From the NCBI RefSeq assembly GCF_001194135.2, contig NC_068989.1, positions 92,926,640 to 92,964,201 on the forward strand: DNA of 37,562 bases, read 5' to 3'. Position 1 is the stretch's first letter, and each line of letters opens with the position of its first letter. Source of the stretch: Octopus bimaculoides. Lineage: Eukaryota. Positions 21,932 through 34,313 of the stretch are shown one piece after another. A program made the position numbers and the translations under genes. A model generated the notes under the pieces. The model searched no databases. It had not been told where the DNA came from and worked only from the letters and a program-made list of their open reading frames with translations.

Positions 21932-23595
21932 TTATTATTATGATGATGCTGTAGATCCACATTAACCGTCGTCCAACTCTTCCCTCTCCTCTTCCTCATC
22001 ATCACCGTCATCTTCGTGGTTATTATCATCACCACTACCACCACCACTACCACCCTCATTATCTTTCTCCTCTTCCACCTCCTCCTCCTCCTTTGCCTCA
22101 TCATTACGTTGTCATCATCACGTTTCTCATGCTTTTAATTCACCCTCTCATGTTATTGTATATGTACATTACTTGCTGCAAACAATAGCGTCGTTGGTCA
22201 CAGATTTCTTACAAAACCAACAACAGATTCACTACACTTAGGATGGTGAAACTGACAAGAGATTGTCTGTAAAACTTGGGCGGAACAAATATCACAAGTG
22301 GCCTCATTCCACGTCATTACTTTACACGTTTTCTCTGAGAAGCTTTATATCTTGCGTTCATATAGATCTCCGAAATATATACCATAGCACACTCACTTTC
22401 GGAATTGGATAAACCAATATATGTTCGTCTAATTCTGAAAGTGTGTATGACGTGTGTGTGTGTGTGTGTTTGTGTGTGTGTTTGTGTGTGTGTGTGTGTG
22501 CTTGTGTGTGCGTGTGTGTGTATTAGTTATTGTAAGTGCCGTTTCTTGATTCTTCTGCCTAAAGAGCCGAGTGATGAAACTTGATAGTTACTTGGATACG
22601 TTGATCTTTTCAATCTCTGTGACAAAAACTACTCCATACAAAATATTAAGTTTCCCAATGGTATTTATGGACAGTAATCAACCATTTCCATTCAAATATA
22701 TCACTTTTTCCACTCTTCTATATATATATGTGCGAATGTATATATACATACACAATATTATATGTTGATACTGCGTTGATTGAGTTTACTGGTGACAGGC
22801 CACTGGTATAAAATAGATTAGTAGATTAGTACATTATGCTTCCTAATTTAGTCGGATAATGTCGTGTGGTCACTTTGGTGTAATGTCTTAGCTGTACATC
22901 AAACTGTCTACAGTTGATTGTAGACGCAGAGTTCGAGCATACAAGTGATCATATACGATCTTTCAGATCTTCTTTTGTTTGCACACGAGCGTGCGCGAGT
23001 GCGTGTGTGTATTAGTTCCGTTGAGGCTATAAGATGCTTCACAAGCTCTCACCTCCTAGTGCACTGAAACAGCTGCAAGGCAATGATAGTGATTATGAGA
23101 TGCCTGTTCCCTTTTTGATATATGCATGCATATATGTATGTGCGTATGTAAGTATGTATGTATATATGTATGTGTGTATGTATGTATGCATATGTGTGTA
23201 TGTATGTGTGTGTATGTATGTATGCATGTATGTATGTATACCATTGTTCAGTTTTATTTCAAGATTTCTCGCCAATAGAGAAAGAACTGGTTTCTAACCT
23301 AGATCCAAAGCTCCTTCATTGAAATTTCAACATCAATGTATATATGTATGTACGTATGTATATTTGCAAATGCGCGCACACACACACACAAGCAAACGTA
23401 TATATATATATAAAGCAATACAAAGAATGGGACAAGAACGCAAAACATCCACACAGTTAGATGATACAAAAAAGGGACAAGAAAAAACAAGGACGGGTCA
23501 TTCGGAGTTTTCTTTCACCTGTCGAGTTGCAGATTATCTTTGCAGTTTCGGCTGGTTATACTCGAGATTGGTCCAATCTGGAGTATATATATATA

Positions 23596-23599
<4 letters not shown>

Positions 23600-23648
<49 letters not shown>

Positions 23649-23674
23649 GGGTGGAGATAGATAGATAGATAGAC

Positions 23675-23737
<63 letters not shown>

Positions 23738-23748
23738 CAGATAGATAA
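23600..23748. repeat. (GA)n + (GATA)n compound microsatellite
   Basis: Direct reading. Confidence 0.95.
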
Positions 23749-25005
23749 GTACGTAGATGCATATATCTGCGTGTGTGTGAGTGTTGGTATATACCTTTCT
23801 GTGCATGAATGTCTGAATTTATGTGTACTCACGAGTGCGTAACAAACCCAGAAATACGTGCCACAGGTTGAAGAAAATATGAGCGATCCTCAGGAGCGAA
23901 GCTAAGAGAGAAGGAGTTAGAGTTACGTCCCCTCGCTGAGTCCACTGGCCCACATTGTTTCTGCTTGTACAGCAACACAACAACAACAATAAGTGCATGA
24001 AACCATAAAGAATAAATTCTGAGTAACAAAGCAAAATAGAAACGTTATAATTTCTAAATTTCTCTAAAGGAGAGATATGCAAAAAAAAAAAAACCACGTT
24101 TAGGCGAAACAAAGTCTAAATAACATTGGTACATGAAAGTTAATTTCTCTATTTTAAAACACTCCTAAATAGAAATTGTCTAATTAAATTTATCTAGATC
24201 TAACAACTTTCCTTCTGTTCGCTAGAATTCATGGCATTTTTCAACGAAATTAAATTATTCTAAATTCGGCCAGCTGCTCGATGTAGTACGGATTGAATAA
24301 ACACTGGTGTATCTATATTTTTAAATAATGCCGAGAACATATTTTTACAAATATAATTTTTTATAAATAGTTTTTAGAATCCATACACACATGCATACAT
24401 TCAGCATATTTATATCCATATATTTTTATACACACATATGTACGAACATAACACACACATATACACTCATATATACACATATAAACTCAGATGAATATAC
24501 ATACACACAAACATGTACATCTTTGCATGAGAATGATTGTGTGTGGGGGTGGTTGTCCTCGGCTGGATTTGAACTCAGGTTGGGAGTAATCCCATTTGTT
24601 TGAGTCATGATTATCACTTTCATCCATCTTTCACAAAAATTACAGAAGAAGAACACCTCTCCCCATACCCCAAATTTCATCTCCATGTGTAACCTGAAGA
24701 CATTCATGAGTTCCTCGGTGAGTTTCAATGGCGTTTAGCTAGCTTGAAGTCTGAGACCATAGAACTGCTTTGCCATTCTCTATAAAAGCCGGATCCGACT
24801 TGTATGTGACAACAGGTGTTCGATATAACTCCATAAATGAAATAATACAAAATGAAACACAAATAAAAGATAATTTTCTTCAAGATTGACAAAATTTATG
24901 AAGTGCGTCTCCAGCAAACATATTTCTTTTTTGTTTTCCAGTTAATTTGGAGAGATATAAAATAGGAATTATTAACATTCATTCTGCTATTAAGTGCATT
25001 AGCAA

Positions 25006-25215
25006 GGCGGTGAGTTGGCTGAAACGGTAGTGCGCCCGACAAAATGCTGAGGAGATTTTCTTCCATCGTTATGTTCTGAGTTCAAATTGTGCCGAGACCG
25101 ACTTTGTGTTTCATCCTTTCAAAGTCGATAAAATAAGTACCAGTCGGGCACTGGGGTCGATGTAATTGACTTAACCCCCTAATCCAAATTTCAGACCTTC
25201 TCTCCATGTTAGAAT
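25006..25215 (+). mobile_element. SINE family A
   Basis: ggcggtgagttggc.gaaacg.tag...gttctgagttcaaatt.tgccgag...ctggggtcgatgtaattgac. Confidence 0.85.
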
Positions 25216-25290
25216 TAATGAGTGCAATTGCGAACTGGTATAATCGTAACAACAACGTCATAAATACTTTGCAATATTTCTTCCAACTAT

Positions 25291-25470
25291 GGCGGCGTGC
25301 TGGCAGAAACGTTAACACGCCGGACGAAATGCTTAGCGGTATTTTGTCTGAGTTAAAATTCCGCCGAGGTCAAAGTCGATAAAAAAAAGTACCACTTACG
25401 TACTGGGTTCGGTGTAATTGACTGGCCTACGCCCCCTCAAATTTCGGGCCTTGTGCCTAGAGTAGAAAAG
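25291..25470 (+). mobile_element. SINE family A, internally deleted
   Basis: ggcggcgtgctggcagaaacgttaacacgccgg...gggccttgtgcctagagtagaaaag. Confidence 0.85.
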
Positions 25471-25490
25471 GTTATTATAACACGGTGGAA

Positions 25491-25886
25491 GGCGGCGAGC
25501 TGGCAGAATCGTTAGCACGCCGGGCGAAGTGCTTAGCGGTATTTCGTCTGCCCTTACGTTCTGAGTTCAAATTCCGCCGAGGTCGATTTTGCCTTTCATC
25601 CTTTCGCGGTCGATAAATTAAGTACCAGTTACGCACTGGGGTCGATATAATCGACTTAATCCGTTTGTCTGTCCTTGTTTGTCCCCTCTGTGTGTAGCCC
25701 CTTGTGGGCAGTAAAGAAATAGGTATTTCGTCTGCCGCTACGTTCTGAGTTCAAATTCCGCCGAGGTCGACTTTGCTTTTCATCCTTTTGGAGTCGATAA
25801 ATTAAGTACTAGTTGCGTACTGGGGTCGATCTAATCGACTGGCCTCCTACCCCAAAATTTCGGGCCTTGTGCCTAGAGTAGAAAAG
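25491..25886 (+). mobile_element. SINE family A, dimer-like copy (full unit with variant tail plus headless second unit)
   Basis: A box TGGCAGAATCG, B box GAGTTCAAATTCC; ggtatttcgtctgcc repeated at 25538-25552 and 25722-25736, each followed by the same body. Confidence 0.9.
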
Positions 25887-25894
25887 AATATTTC

Positions 25895-26030
25895 TTCCAG
25901 CATTTTGCGTTTTGAGTTCAAACCCTGCCGAAGTCAATTTTTCTCTTTTCTCCTGGAAACGGCAGAATCACCAGAGCGTCGGAGAAAATAGATACCTGTA
26001 AAATACTCTGGTCGATGTAATCAACTAACA
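25895..26030 (+). mobile_element. SINE family A, degenerate
   Basis: gcgttttgagttcaaaccctgccgaagtcaattt...ggtcgatgtaatcaact. Confidence 0.6.
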
Positions 26031-26344
26031 CAGAATGTAAAATTAAAAACAATTGTTTTTTTCATAAAGGCTATAACGGGGTGGATTAGCAAATTTGTTC
26101 TGGTTCTTTACACGCTAAATTCAGATCATGATGAGCTCACTCAACTTTGATTTTCACCCCACCCACTCCTACCCCATTTCGGGGGGTCAGCAGAATAAAC
26201 TAACATTGCTTTATTGGAATCGAAATAATTAGCTAAAACCTCTCCTCAGAATTGCTGACTTAGGACTGAAGGAAAAAAATAAAACAATCCTCATCAACGA
26301 TAGCAGAGAAGGAAGGATCAGTGGAGAGCGGAAAAAAAAAAGAC

Positions 26345-26505
26345 CCAGAGGGTATCTTACCCTCCGAGTTCAAATCAAGCCAAGGTCACTGTTTATAATT
26401 TCCCGAGTCGATAAAATAAAAATACCAGTCAAGTACTGGGTTCGAATTTGTCGAAACAACAATCCTCCTTCAGATATGAGACATTGTGGCTTTGTTAGAA
26501 ACCAA
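26345..26505 (+). mobile_element. SINE family A-related, degenerate
   Basis: ccgagttcaaatc.agccaaggtc...gagtcgataaaataa..taccagtcaagtactggg.tcga. Confidence 0.55.
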
Positions 26506-26839
26506 ATAGTAGTAGTAGTAATAGTGGTAGTAGTAGTGGTGGCGGTGGTGGTGGCGGTGGTAGCGGCGGCGGCGGTGGTGGTGGTGGCGGTGGTGTTAGT
26601 AGTAGACCTCTTAAAGTCTACTTCATCTAAATGGAATCTTTATCATTGACAAAAGATGAGTGNNNNNNNNNNNNNNNNNNNNNNNNNNNNNNNNNNNNNN
26701 NNNNNNNNNNNNNNNNNNNNNNNNNNNNNNNNNNNNNNNNNNNNNNNNNNNNNNNNNNNNNNNNNNNNNNNNNNNNTATATATATATATACGTATATATG
26801 TATGTATACGTGTGCGTGTATACATATATGGAGATTGAT

Positions 26840-26874
<35 letters not shown>

Positions 26875-28026
26875 AAGAGAGAGATAGAGAGAGAAAAGAG
26901 ATTGATAGATACATACATGCACATAGCGTTATATCTCATGTGTGTATGTTTATGTATTTATATATATATATATTATATGAATGCAAAAGAATACACACAC
27001 GCACACACACACACACACACACATATGCATATATGTGTGTGTGTGTGTGCATGTGTGTGTATAAATGCATGTGTTTATGTGTATGCGTGTTCGTGCACAC
27101 GTTCAATAGGATTCTGTCCATTGTTATTCCGATGATGTCCTTTTCTTTACATACCACATCAACTCTCCGGAGTAAGTTTAGCGTTGGAATTGGAGGACGG
27201 TGCGTAAAGACAGCAGAGACTGTGGTGGTGGTGGTCATGGTGGTGGTGGTGGTGGTGGTGGTGGTGTATGTGTGTGTGTGTGTGTGTGTGTGGCACAGGG
27301 TGGTTAGGTCGGTGAATTATTTGAGAAAGTTCCAAGAGCTGGTTGGCTGCTTCCATTGTATTTGTTTCTTTGCTTTCAATGTCTGTTGTTGAATGATGAC
27401 TACACGTCTAAATGTACCTTCATTCATCACCNNNNNNNNNNNNNNNNNNNNNNNNNNNNNNNNNNNNNNNNNNNNNNNNNNNNNNNNNNNNNNNNNNNNN
27501 NNNNNNNNNNNNNNNNNNNNNNNNNNNNNNNNNNNNNNNNNNNNNNNNNNNNNNNNNNNNNNNNNNNNNNNNNNNNNNNNNNNNNNNNNNNNNNNNNNNN
27601 NNNNNNNNNNNNNNNNNNNNNNNNNNNNNNNNNNNNNNNNNNNNNNNNNNNNNNNNNNNNNNNNNNNNNNNNNNNNNNNNNNNNNNNNNNNNNNNNNNNN
27701 NNNNNNNNNNNNNNNNNNNNNNNNNNNNNNNNNNNNNNNNNNNCACCACCGTCGTCACGCACAACTTCCCCCACTACCGCCACCGCTGCCACCGCCTCAT
27801 CTGCAGCTGCCACAACCACCACCATAACCATCATTATCATCATCCTGATCATCAATATCATCATTAGCATTATCATTAGCACAACCAGCATAACCATCAT
27901 CATCATCACCATAAGGTCTACCACGACTGCATCATCTTCAGCACCACCGCCACCACCACCACTGCCAATGTCATCATCATCATTATAAGTATCACTTTAA
28001 GCTACAGTAGTAACAATACCATTAAC

Positions 28027-28060
<34 letters not shown>

Positions 28061-28425
28061 TCATCACCATCGCCAACTGCAAAACCACAACAAAACTAAA
28101 CTAAATGTCCTCCGTCAGAGCAGAATCTTGGTTCTTCGATCAACTGAGGTTCATAAATATTCAATTAGTGCTTAAATGGCTGAGTATTCCTCAGTCTTGT
28201 GTAGCCTGAGTCAATTCCTTAGGCTGAATCAGTACACAATCCCGTACAATCCGTTTAACGGGTTTCTGCACAGACTCCGTCCATCCAGAATCATTCGATG
28301 GCAATTGGAATATGGTAAAATAATAATGGAATCTGATTTAGGAACAAAGGGAGTAATTTTGAGGGGAGGGGGACTCCTGAATGAATGAAGGACAAACTCA
28401 GAAAGTAAAGAACAAATGCCACAAA

Positions 28426-28470
28426 GCATATTTTCCAGCACTTTAACGATTCTGCCAGCTCGCTGCCTTT
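28426..28470 (-). mobile_element. SINE family A head fragment
   Basis: taacgattctgccagctcgctgcctt is the reverse complement of the A head; adjacent (AAT)n. Confidence 0.65.
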
Positions 28471-28477
28471 AATAATG

Positions 28478-28537
<60 letters not shown>

Positions 28538-28596
28538 TGTATGTATATATATGTGTGTATANNNNNNNNNNNNNNNNNNATATATATATATATATA

Positions 28597-28719
28597 AATC
28601 CACTCACAAGGCATTGATCAGCCCGTGGCTATAGAAGACAATTGCCCAAGGCACCTACCTCGTAGTGGGACTGAACTCTGAACCATGTGACTGGGAAGCA
28701 AATTTCTTACCACACAGCC
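28597..28719 (-). mobile_element. SINE family B, 5' half
   Basis: aaatccactcacaaggc...ttgcccaagg...gtgggactgaac...accatgtg.ctgggaagcaa...cttaccacacagcc. Confidence 0.8.
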
Positions 28720-29345
28720 TAACCATGTCTAACCATACACTCAGGTTAACCGGAAGCACTTCGGATGGCTTGTACCCGTAATGGACAGGTCACGTGTATG
28801 TGAAGTGTCACGTGCCTGCGGAATGCGTACCTAACCATTTCCACGTTAATAACATCGAGTGAGGTTGTCCGGTTGGCTGGACGCTGTCGTCACTGACATC
28901 ATCACACAATGCCATCATCATCATCATCATCACCACCACCACCACCACCACCACCACCACCACCACTATCATTATCATCATCATCATCATCATCATCATC
29001 ATCTTCATCATCATCACCATCATTATCATCATCTTCAAACTCACAAAAGCAAAAGGAAAAAATGTGGTAACCAACCATTTACTGCTAAGAAACAAAAGAC
29101 AAAGAATAGAGGAAATGGATCACCACACCTCAACTAACCGATATCATCATCACCGCCACGGTGATGATGATGATGTTAATGATGATGACGACGACGACGA
29201 CGACGACGATGGCAACGATGGATGAATTTGCCAGCGGCTGAGACAACTACGTCAGCGATGAGGGTGACCACCACCACCACCATCACCATGCTTAACAACA
29301 GACGCGAATAATCATAACAATAATAATAATAATAATAATAATAAT

Positions 29346-29559
29346 CCTTTCTACTTTAGGCACAAGGCCTGAAATTTAGCGGGAGGGGATTAGTCGATTA
29401 CATCGACTCCAGTGTTTCACTGGTACTTATTTTACCCACCTTGAAAGGATGAAAAGTAAAGTCGACCTCGGCGGAATTTGAACTCAGAATGTAGCGGCAG
29501 ACCAAATACCGCTAAGCATTTCACCCGGCGTACTAACGTTTCTGCCAGTTCACCACCTC
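29346..29559 (-). mobile_element. SINE family A, full length, between (AAT)n tracts
   Basis: Reverse complement aggtggtgaactggcagaaacgttagtacgccggg...ttctgagttcaaattccgccgaggtcgac...ggccttgtgcctaaagtagaaagg. Confidence 0.88.
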
Positions 29560-29594
29560 ATAATAATAACAACAACAACAACAACAACAACAAC

Positions 29595-29628
<34 letters not shown>

Positions 29629-30029
29629 TTAGTAATAATAATAAACAAAGCTCGCTATCAGTAGCTTGTTGTTCAACGTATAAAAACAAGACAATAGTTA
29701 GCGAGATGGCGTCGACGCTTTTAGTAATTAAATCAGAGACGAGGAAAGGGTAAAGAAGGAAAGAAGAAATGAGAGAAGGAAGGAATGATGGAGGGAAGGA
29801 AGGGAAGAGAAAGGAGGCGTGTGGTGGTGGTGGGTAGAAATGGTGAGCAGCAGTGGTGGTGGGGAGGAGCAGCAGCACAATTGGTTATCTGTTTGGTCAG
29901 ATGTAAATCTCCATTGTGTTCCCGTAGTTCAACACTTGATCTAATTTGGTGGTGGATTCATTACGGACTGGTTGGCAAGTTTCAGTTGAACACAGAACCA
30001 AACTCATTCACAGCTTCATCATCATCGTC

Positions 30030-30060
<31 letters not shown>

Positions 30061-30547
30061 TCGTCATCATCATCATCATCAGTGATGACGGAGTGGGAGA
30101 GGTTGTGGTGGTGGTGGTAGTGGTGGTGGTGGTGGTAGTGGTGGTGGTGTAGTTGACGATGATGGCGGAGGCGATGATGGGTGTTGGCGTGCTGGTAGTT
30201 TTGGTGATAATGGTAGTAGTGGTGGTAGCAGTGGTAGTGGTGGTATTCGTGTTGATGATGCTTGCGATGGTGATGATGATGATGATGGTTTCTTTTATCT
30301 TGCCACAGAGACATTAGAGGACGGGTAATGCAAAGACAGGCTACAATTAATGAGGTGGTGGTGGCGGGGTTACATAAATTCAGGTAAAGAGAAAAAGGAA
30401 GAAATGAAATGAAAAGTTTACGAAGTATATGAACTGAACAACAATGCTCTCCCCCTAATACAGACTGGAGAGTCTCCAGCTAGGGCCTGTCAAAGAAGTC
30501 CACAGATTCTCTGCCCTAACTGTTGTTTTCCAATCTGGAGTAATTCG

Positions 30548-30679
30548 ATTCACTGAGACCATTTTTGCCATAGTCAATCACCTTTGAACAAATCGATTTC
30601 TCTCTCCAGCCTCATTTCCCTTTCCAAATAGAACTTGACAATGTCAATGAGGACTTAACTGAAGTGGAAAGTGTTTGAC
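30548..30679 (-). mobile_element. Probable L1/Tx1-like LINE ORF2 C-terminal remnant, interrupted by the PLE insertion
   Basis: Minus strand SNTFHFS*VLIDIVKFYLEREMRLEREIDLFKGD*, then (frameshift) MAKMVSVN. After removing 30688-30937 the sequence continues upstream with tggtggact (WWT). Resembles Tx1-type C-termini from my recollection, not from a search. Confidence 0.4.
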
Positions 30680-30687
30680 TTCAGTCC

Positions 30688-30929
30688 TTACACAGTTCTG
30701 TATTTAAGAGATGAGGAATTATTCACATTATTTACCTTTGACGGATATTTGTCCTCATCTTGTTGTTAATACAACGTTTCGGCTGATATACCCTCCAGGC
30801 TTCATACCCTAGGAAAGAGAAACCAGGTTCGAAATTTCCCCCAATACACCTGATGAAGGCTGGAGGGTATATCAGCCGAAACAACAAAGGAGATGACGAC
30901 AAATATCCGTCAAATGTAAATAATGTAAA
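30688..30929 (+). mobile_element. Fold-back PLE-family insertion (242 bp) with 8-bp TSD
   Basis: TTCAGTCC at 30680-30687 and 30930-30937; left arm 30722-30805 is the inverted counterpart of right arm 30853-30929; body matches 8277-8400. Confidence 0.85.
30846..30882 (+). ncRNA. Hammerhead remnant (core and perfect stem II; cleavage site deleted)
   Basis: ACAC-CTGATGA(30850-30856)-A-GGCTG(gagggtatat)CAGCC-GAAAC; the following GTTGTGTTA of the 8344-8352 copy is missing. Confidence 0.6.
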
Positions 30930-32406
30930 TTCAGTCCACCACATTTATTTGCGACAGAGACATCGAATGAAAGTGAAATAACAAATTACGTAAACCACGG
31001 GTAGTAGGTTACATAGATAGTTGCTTCTTGTGGGTAAGTGGAGCTATATATTATAAACTGATTATTAGACGAGGTGGAGATAGGATGGGAAAATAAACGT
31101 GTCAGAAGGAGTGAGAGAGAAGGAAAGTATGGTGTTGTGAGATTTTCTTTGGTTTGATGAAGGAATTATGTTATTGTTTAGGGTTCAGTCAAGCGTAGAA
31201 GTAACCGCGTAAAAAGGTGTGTCCAATTCAGGTCGCGACATTCATTGTAGAGAAAGTTGAGTCTTGTTGTGCTTTAGGCTTTAGGGCTCACAAAAAGAAG
31301 ATTAAGAGAGCTTGAGACATGGCCGCCCTCACGCACTTCTCACGAGGGATTCCGGAAGGAGCTTTGTGAGACCAGTGCAGAGATACTTCCGCGGAAAAAA
31401 AAAAGAAAAAAAAATCTTAGGAAAATCGATTATAGCAGTGACTCGATCAATTCCTGGCGATATCTGAAGAAGGAATTTTTATATTCCGAAATATTAGATC
31501 AGACTATGAATGATTAAATTACACCAGTTATTATAGTCCGTTGTTGTTATTATAGTGCATTGCTGTGCTATTCAAAACACATTATTATTTTTTTTTTTTA
31601 CAATATATATGTGTGTGTGAAGATTTGCATGTATATGCACGTATCCATGTACATGTTTATATGTGTATGCATCTATATATGCATATACATATATACACAC
31701 ATATATAACTATATATAAGCTGGTACATACATCCCTTATTTCTCTATGTATGTGTGTGCTTCTGTGTATGTATGTGTGTGTGCGTGCATCAGTGTGTGTG
31801 TGTTTATATACATATATACATGCATACTTTTATTTGAAACTCCATACCCGTTTCATGTATTGAGTGCTAAACGTGAAACATGTCCACTTTGTTTAAAACA
31901 TTAATTGATAAAACATAAGTGCGCATGCGTCCATCCGTGTGTGTGTGTGTGTGTGTGTATGTGTTTCTTGGTTTTTCTATTGTTCTTAATTATTAGATTT
32001 AAGTGGTGTCAATACCGGACGGATAATGTGCTAGACAGACTTTTTGCTCCTGAGGTCATGCTTTCAAAACGTTGCTATTGGCGTTGTAATATTTTCCCTC
32101 CAGTTAAACATTTAAATTCTTCTATTAATTAATTAATTAATTAGGTCTTTTGCTTAATGAATAAATAAATAAATAAATTTTAAAATATTTATTTATTCAT
32201 TATTTTATTTATTTTATTTTTAATTTAGCCTCAAATTAACTTAATTCAATGTGCAAGCTTTTTGTTTTTTTCTTAAATATTTTTTTATATTTTTTCCAAC
32301 TTTCGGCAACGTTTACAAGCGCAAAACAATCAGTAATTATGTCTGAACGCCATTTTGGTTTTGCGTTGAATTCAGTCTTTTTTTAATATTTAGTTCTACC
32401 ATGTTG

Positions 32407-32501
<95 letters not shown>

Positions 32502-33009
32502 CATTATTATTATTGCTTCAATTTTCAGTTACATCTGTTGAGCAAATGATTAAGTAACTTTCTATTACCTCTTTATATTTCAAGACAATTTAGTTTTACT
32601 TTTTGCAAAAGNNNNNNNNNNTATTATTATTATTATTATTATTATCATTATTATTATTGCTTCAATTTTCAGTTACATCTGTTGAGCAAATGATTAAGTA
32701 ACTTTCTATTACCTCTTTATATTTCAAGACAATTTAGTTTTACTTTTTGCAAAAGAAAAGGGTGTTTTTTCGTTTCTTTCTTTCCTTTTTTTTTTTGTTA
32801 TTTGTTTCTTCATTCTTTTTGCAAGTGATGTAATTTTGATGAGGAAACAAGTCCAAGCACCTCCACCATCACCACCACCAAAACTCATTCCCACTTAGAT
32901 GCTTTTAGTCTCTTCTTTAAAAAAATGTCTAGGTGCCAATCATTCTTTATTACGTGTGATTAAATCAACACCTCGCTAAATGTGCAAATAATATGATTCA
33001 TACGTATGA

Positions 33010-33136
33010 AACGAGGATGGCTGGAAAACACAAAGTTTATTTGGGAGGAGAAAGATTTGAGCGCAGATTTATTAATTGTCTCTACATATTTCCATCTGTT
33101 TTTGTCCACTTTAGACCTTAAATACGTCCTCCAATG
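33010..33136 (-). mobile_element. Probable mariner 3' end (transposase C-terminus remnant and TIR-like end)
   Basis: Minus strand HWRTY...(G)KYVE resembles the mariner terminal RW.KC....GDYVE motif; outer end aacgaggatggctggaaaac resembles TACGAGG-type mariner TIRs. Confidence 0.45.
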
Positions 33137-33212
33137 GAAGTCAATTAGTGCAAGGCCGGTGAAATGATTTAATGTTTCTGTTAATTTTTGTCTAACAAAA
33201 TTCACAAATATG

Positions 33213-33372
33213 GGCGCAGGCGCGGCTATGTGGCAAGAAGTTTGCTTCCAAACCACATGGTTCCAGCTTCAGTCTCACTGCGTGGTACCTTGGGTAAGTG
33301 TCTTCTGCTATAGTCTCGGGTCACCAACACATTGTGAGTGTATCTGATAGATGGAAACTGAAAGAAGCCCGT
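33213..33372 (+). mobile_element. SINE family B, 5' half followed by (TA)n
   Basis: ggcgcaggcgcggctatgtggcaagaagtttgcttcc.aaccacatggttcc...ccttgggtaagtgtcttctgctatag...gatggaaactgaaagaagcccgtc. Confidence 0.85.
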
Positions 33373-33412
<40 letters not shown>

Positions 33413-33416
33413 CACG

Positions 33417-33527
33417 TTCAAAAACCCGTGTGTGCGAAATGGTGTTATCTCCATACACTTTCTGAAGCATTTCAAGTGCTTGTAATGAAGTGCTATCCAA
33501 CCGGGCCAGCAGTTTCTGGTTTATTCG
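33417..33527 (-). mobile_element. Tc1/mariner transposase N-terminal (first HTH) remnant
   Basis: RINQKLLARLDSTSLQALEMLQKVYGDNTISHTRVFE fits the mariner N-terminal pattern QR..IKF...LGK.....EML..VYGD..MSR.RVFEW; runs into gap 33528-34246. Confidence 0.75.
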
Positions 33528-34278
33528 NNNNNNNNNNNNNNNNNNNNNNNNNNNNNNNNNNNNNNNNNNNNNNNNNNNNNNNNNNNNNNNNNNNNNNNNN
33601 NNNNNNNNNNNNNNNNNNNNNNNNNNNNNNNNNNNNNNNNNNNNNNNNNNNNNNNNNNNNNNNNNNNNNNNNNNNNNNNNNNNNNNNNNNNNNNNNNNNN
33701 NNNNNNNNNNNNNNNNNNNNNNNNNNNNNNNNNNNNNNNNNNNNNNNNNNNNNNNNNNNNNNNNNNNNNNNNNNNNNNNNNNNNNNNNNNNNNNNNNNNN
33801 NNNNNNNNNNNNNNNNNNNNNNNNNNNNNNNNNNNNNNNNNNNNNNNNNNNNNNNNNNNNNNNNNNNNNNNNNNNNNNNNNNNNNNNNNNNNNNNNNNNN
33901 NNNNNNNNNNNNNNNNNNNNNNNNNNNNNNNNNNNNNNNNNNNNNNNNNNNNNNNNNNNNNNNNNNNNNNNNNNNNNNNNNNNNNNNNNNNNNNNNNNNN
34001 NNNNNNNNNNNNNNNNNNNNNNNNNNNNNNNNNNNNNNNNNNNNNNNNNNNNNNNNNNNNNNNNNNNNNNNNNNNNNNNNNNNNNNNNNNNNNNNNNNNN
34101 NNNNNNNNNNNNNNNNNNNNNNNNNNNNNNNNNNNNNNNNNNNNNNNNNNNNNNNNNNNNNNNNNNNNNNNNNNNNNNNNNNNNNNNNNNNNNNNNNNNN
34201 NNNNNNNNNNNNNNNNNNNNNNNNNNNNNNNNNNNNNNNNNNNNNACACACACACACACATACACACACTCATATAAA

Positions 34279-34313
<35 letters not shown>

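Noticed and set aside
28100-28420. Unique segment with short ORFs on both strands
   Set aside because: Each candidate frame terminates quickly and none is recognisable.
32478-32755. Exact 134-bp tandem duplication
   Set aside because: Same signature: copies flank a 10-N gap (32612-32621), so it is an assembly artefact.
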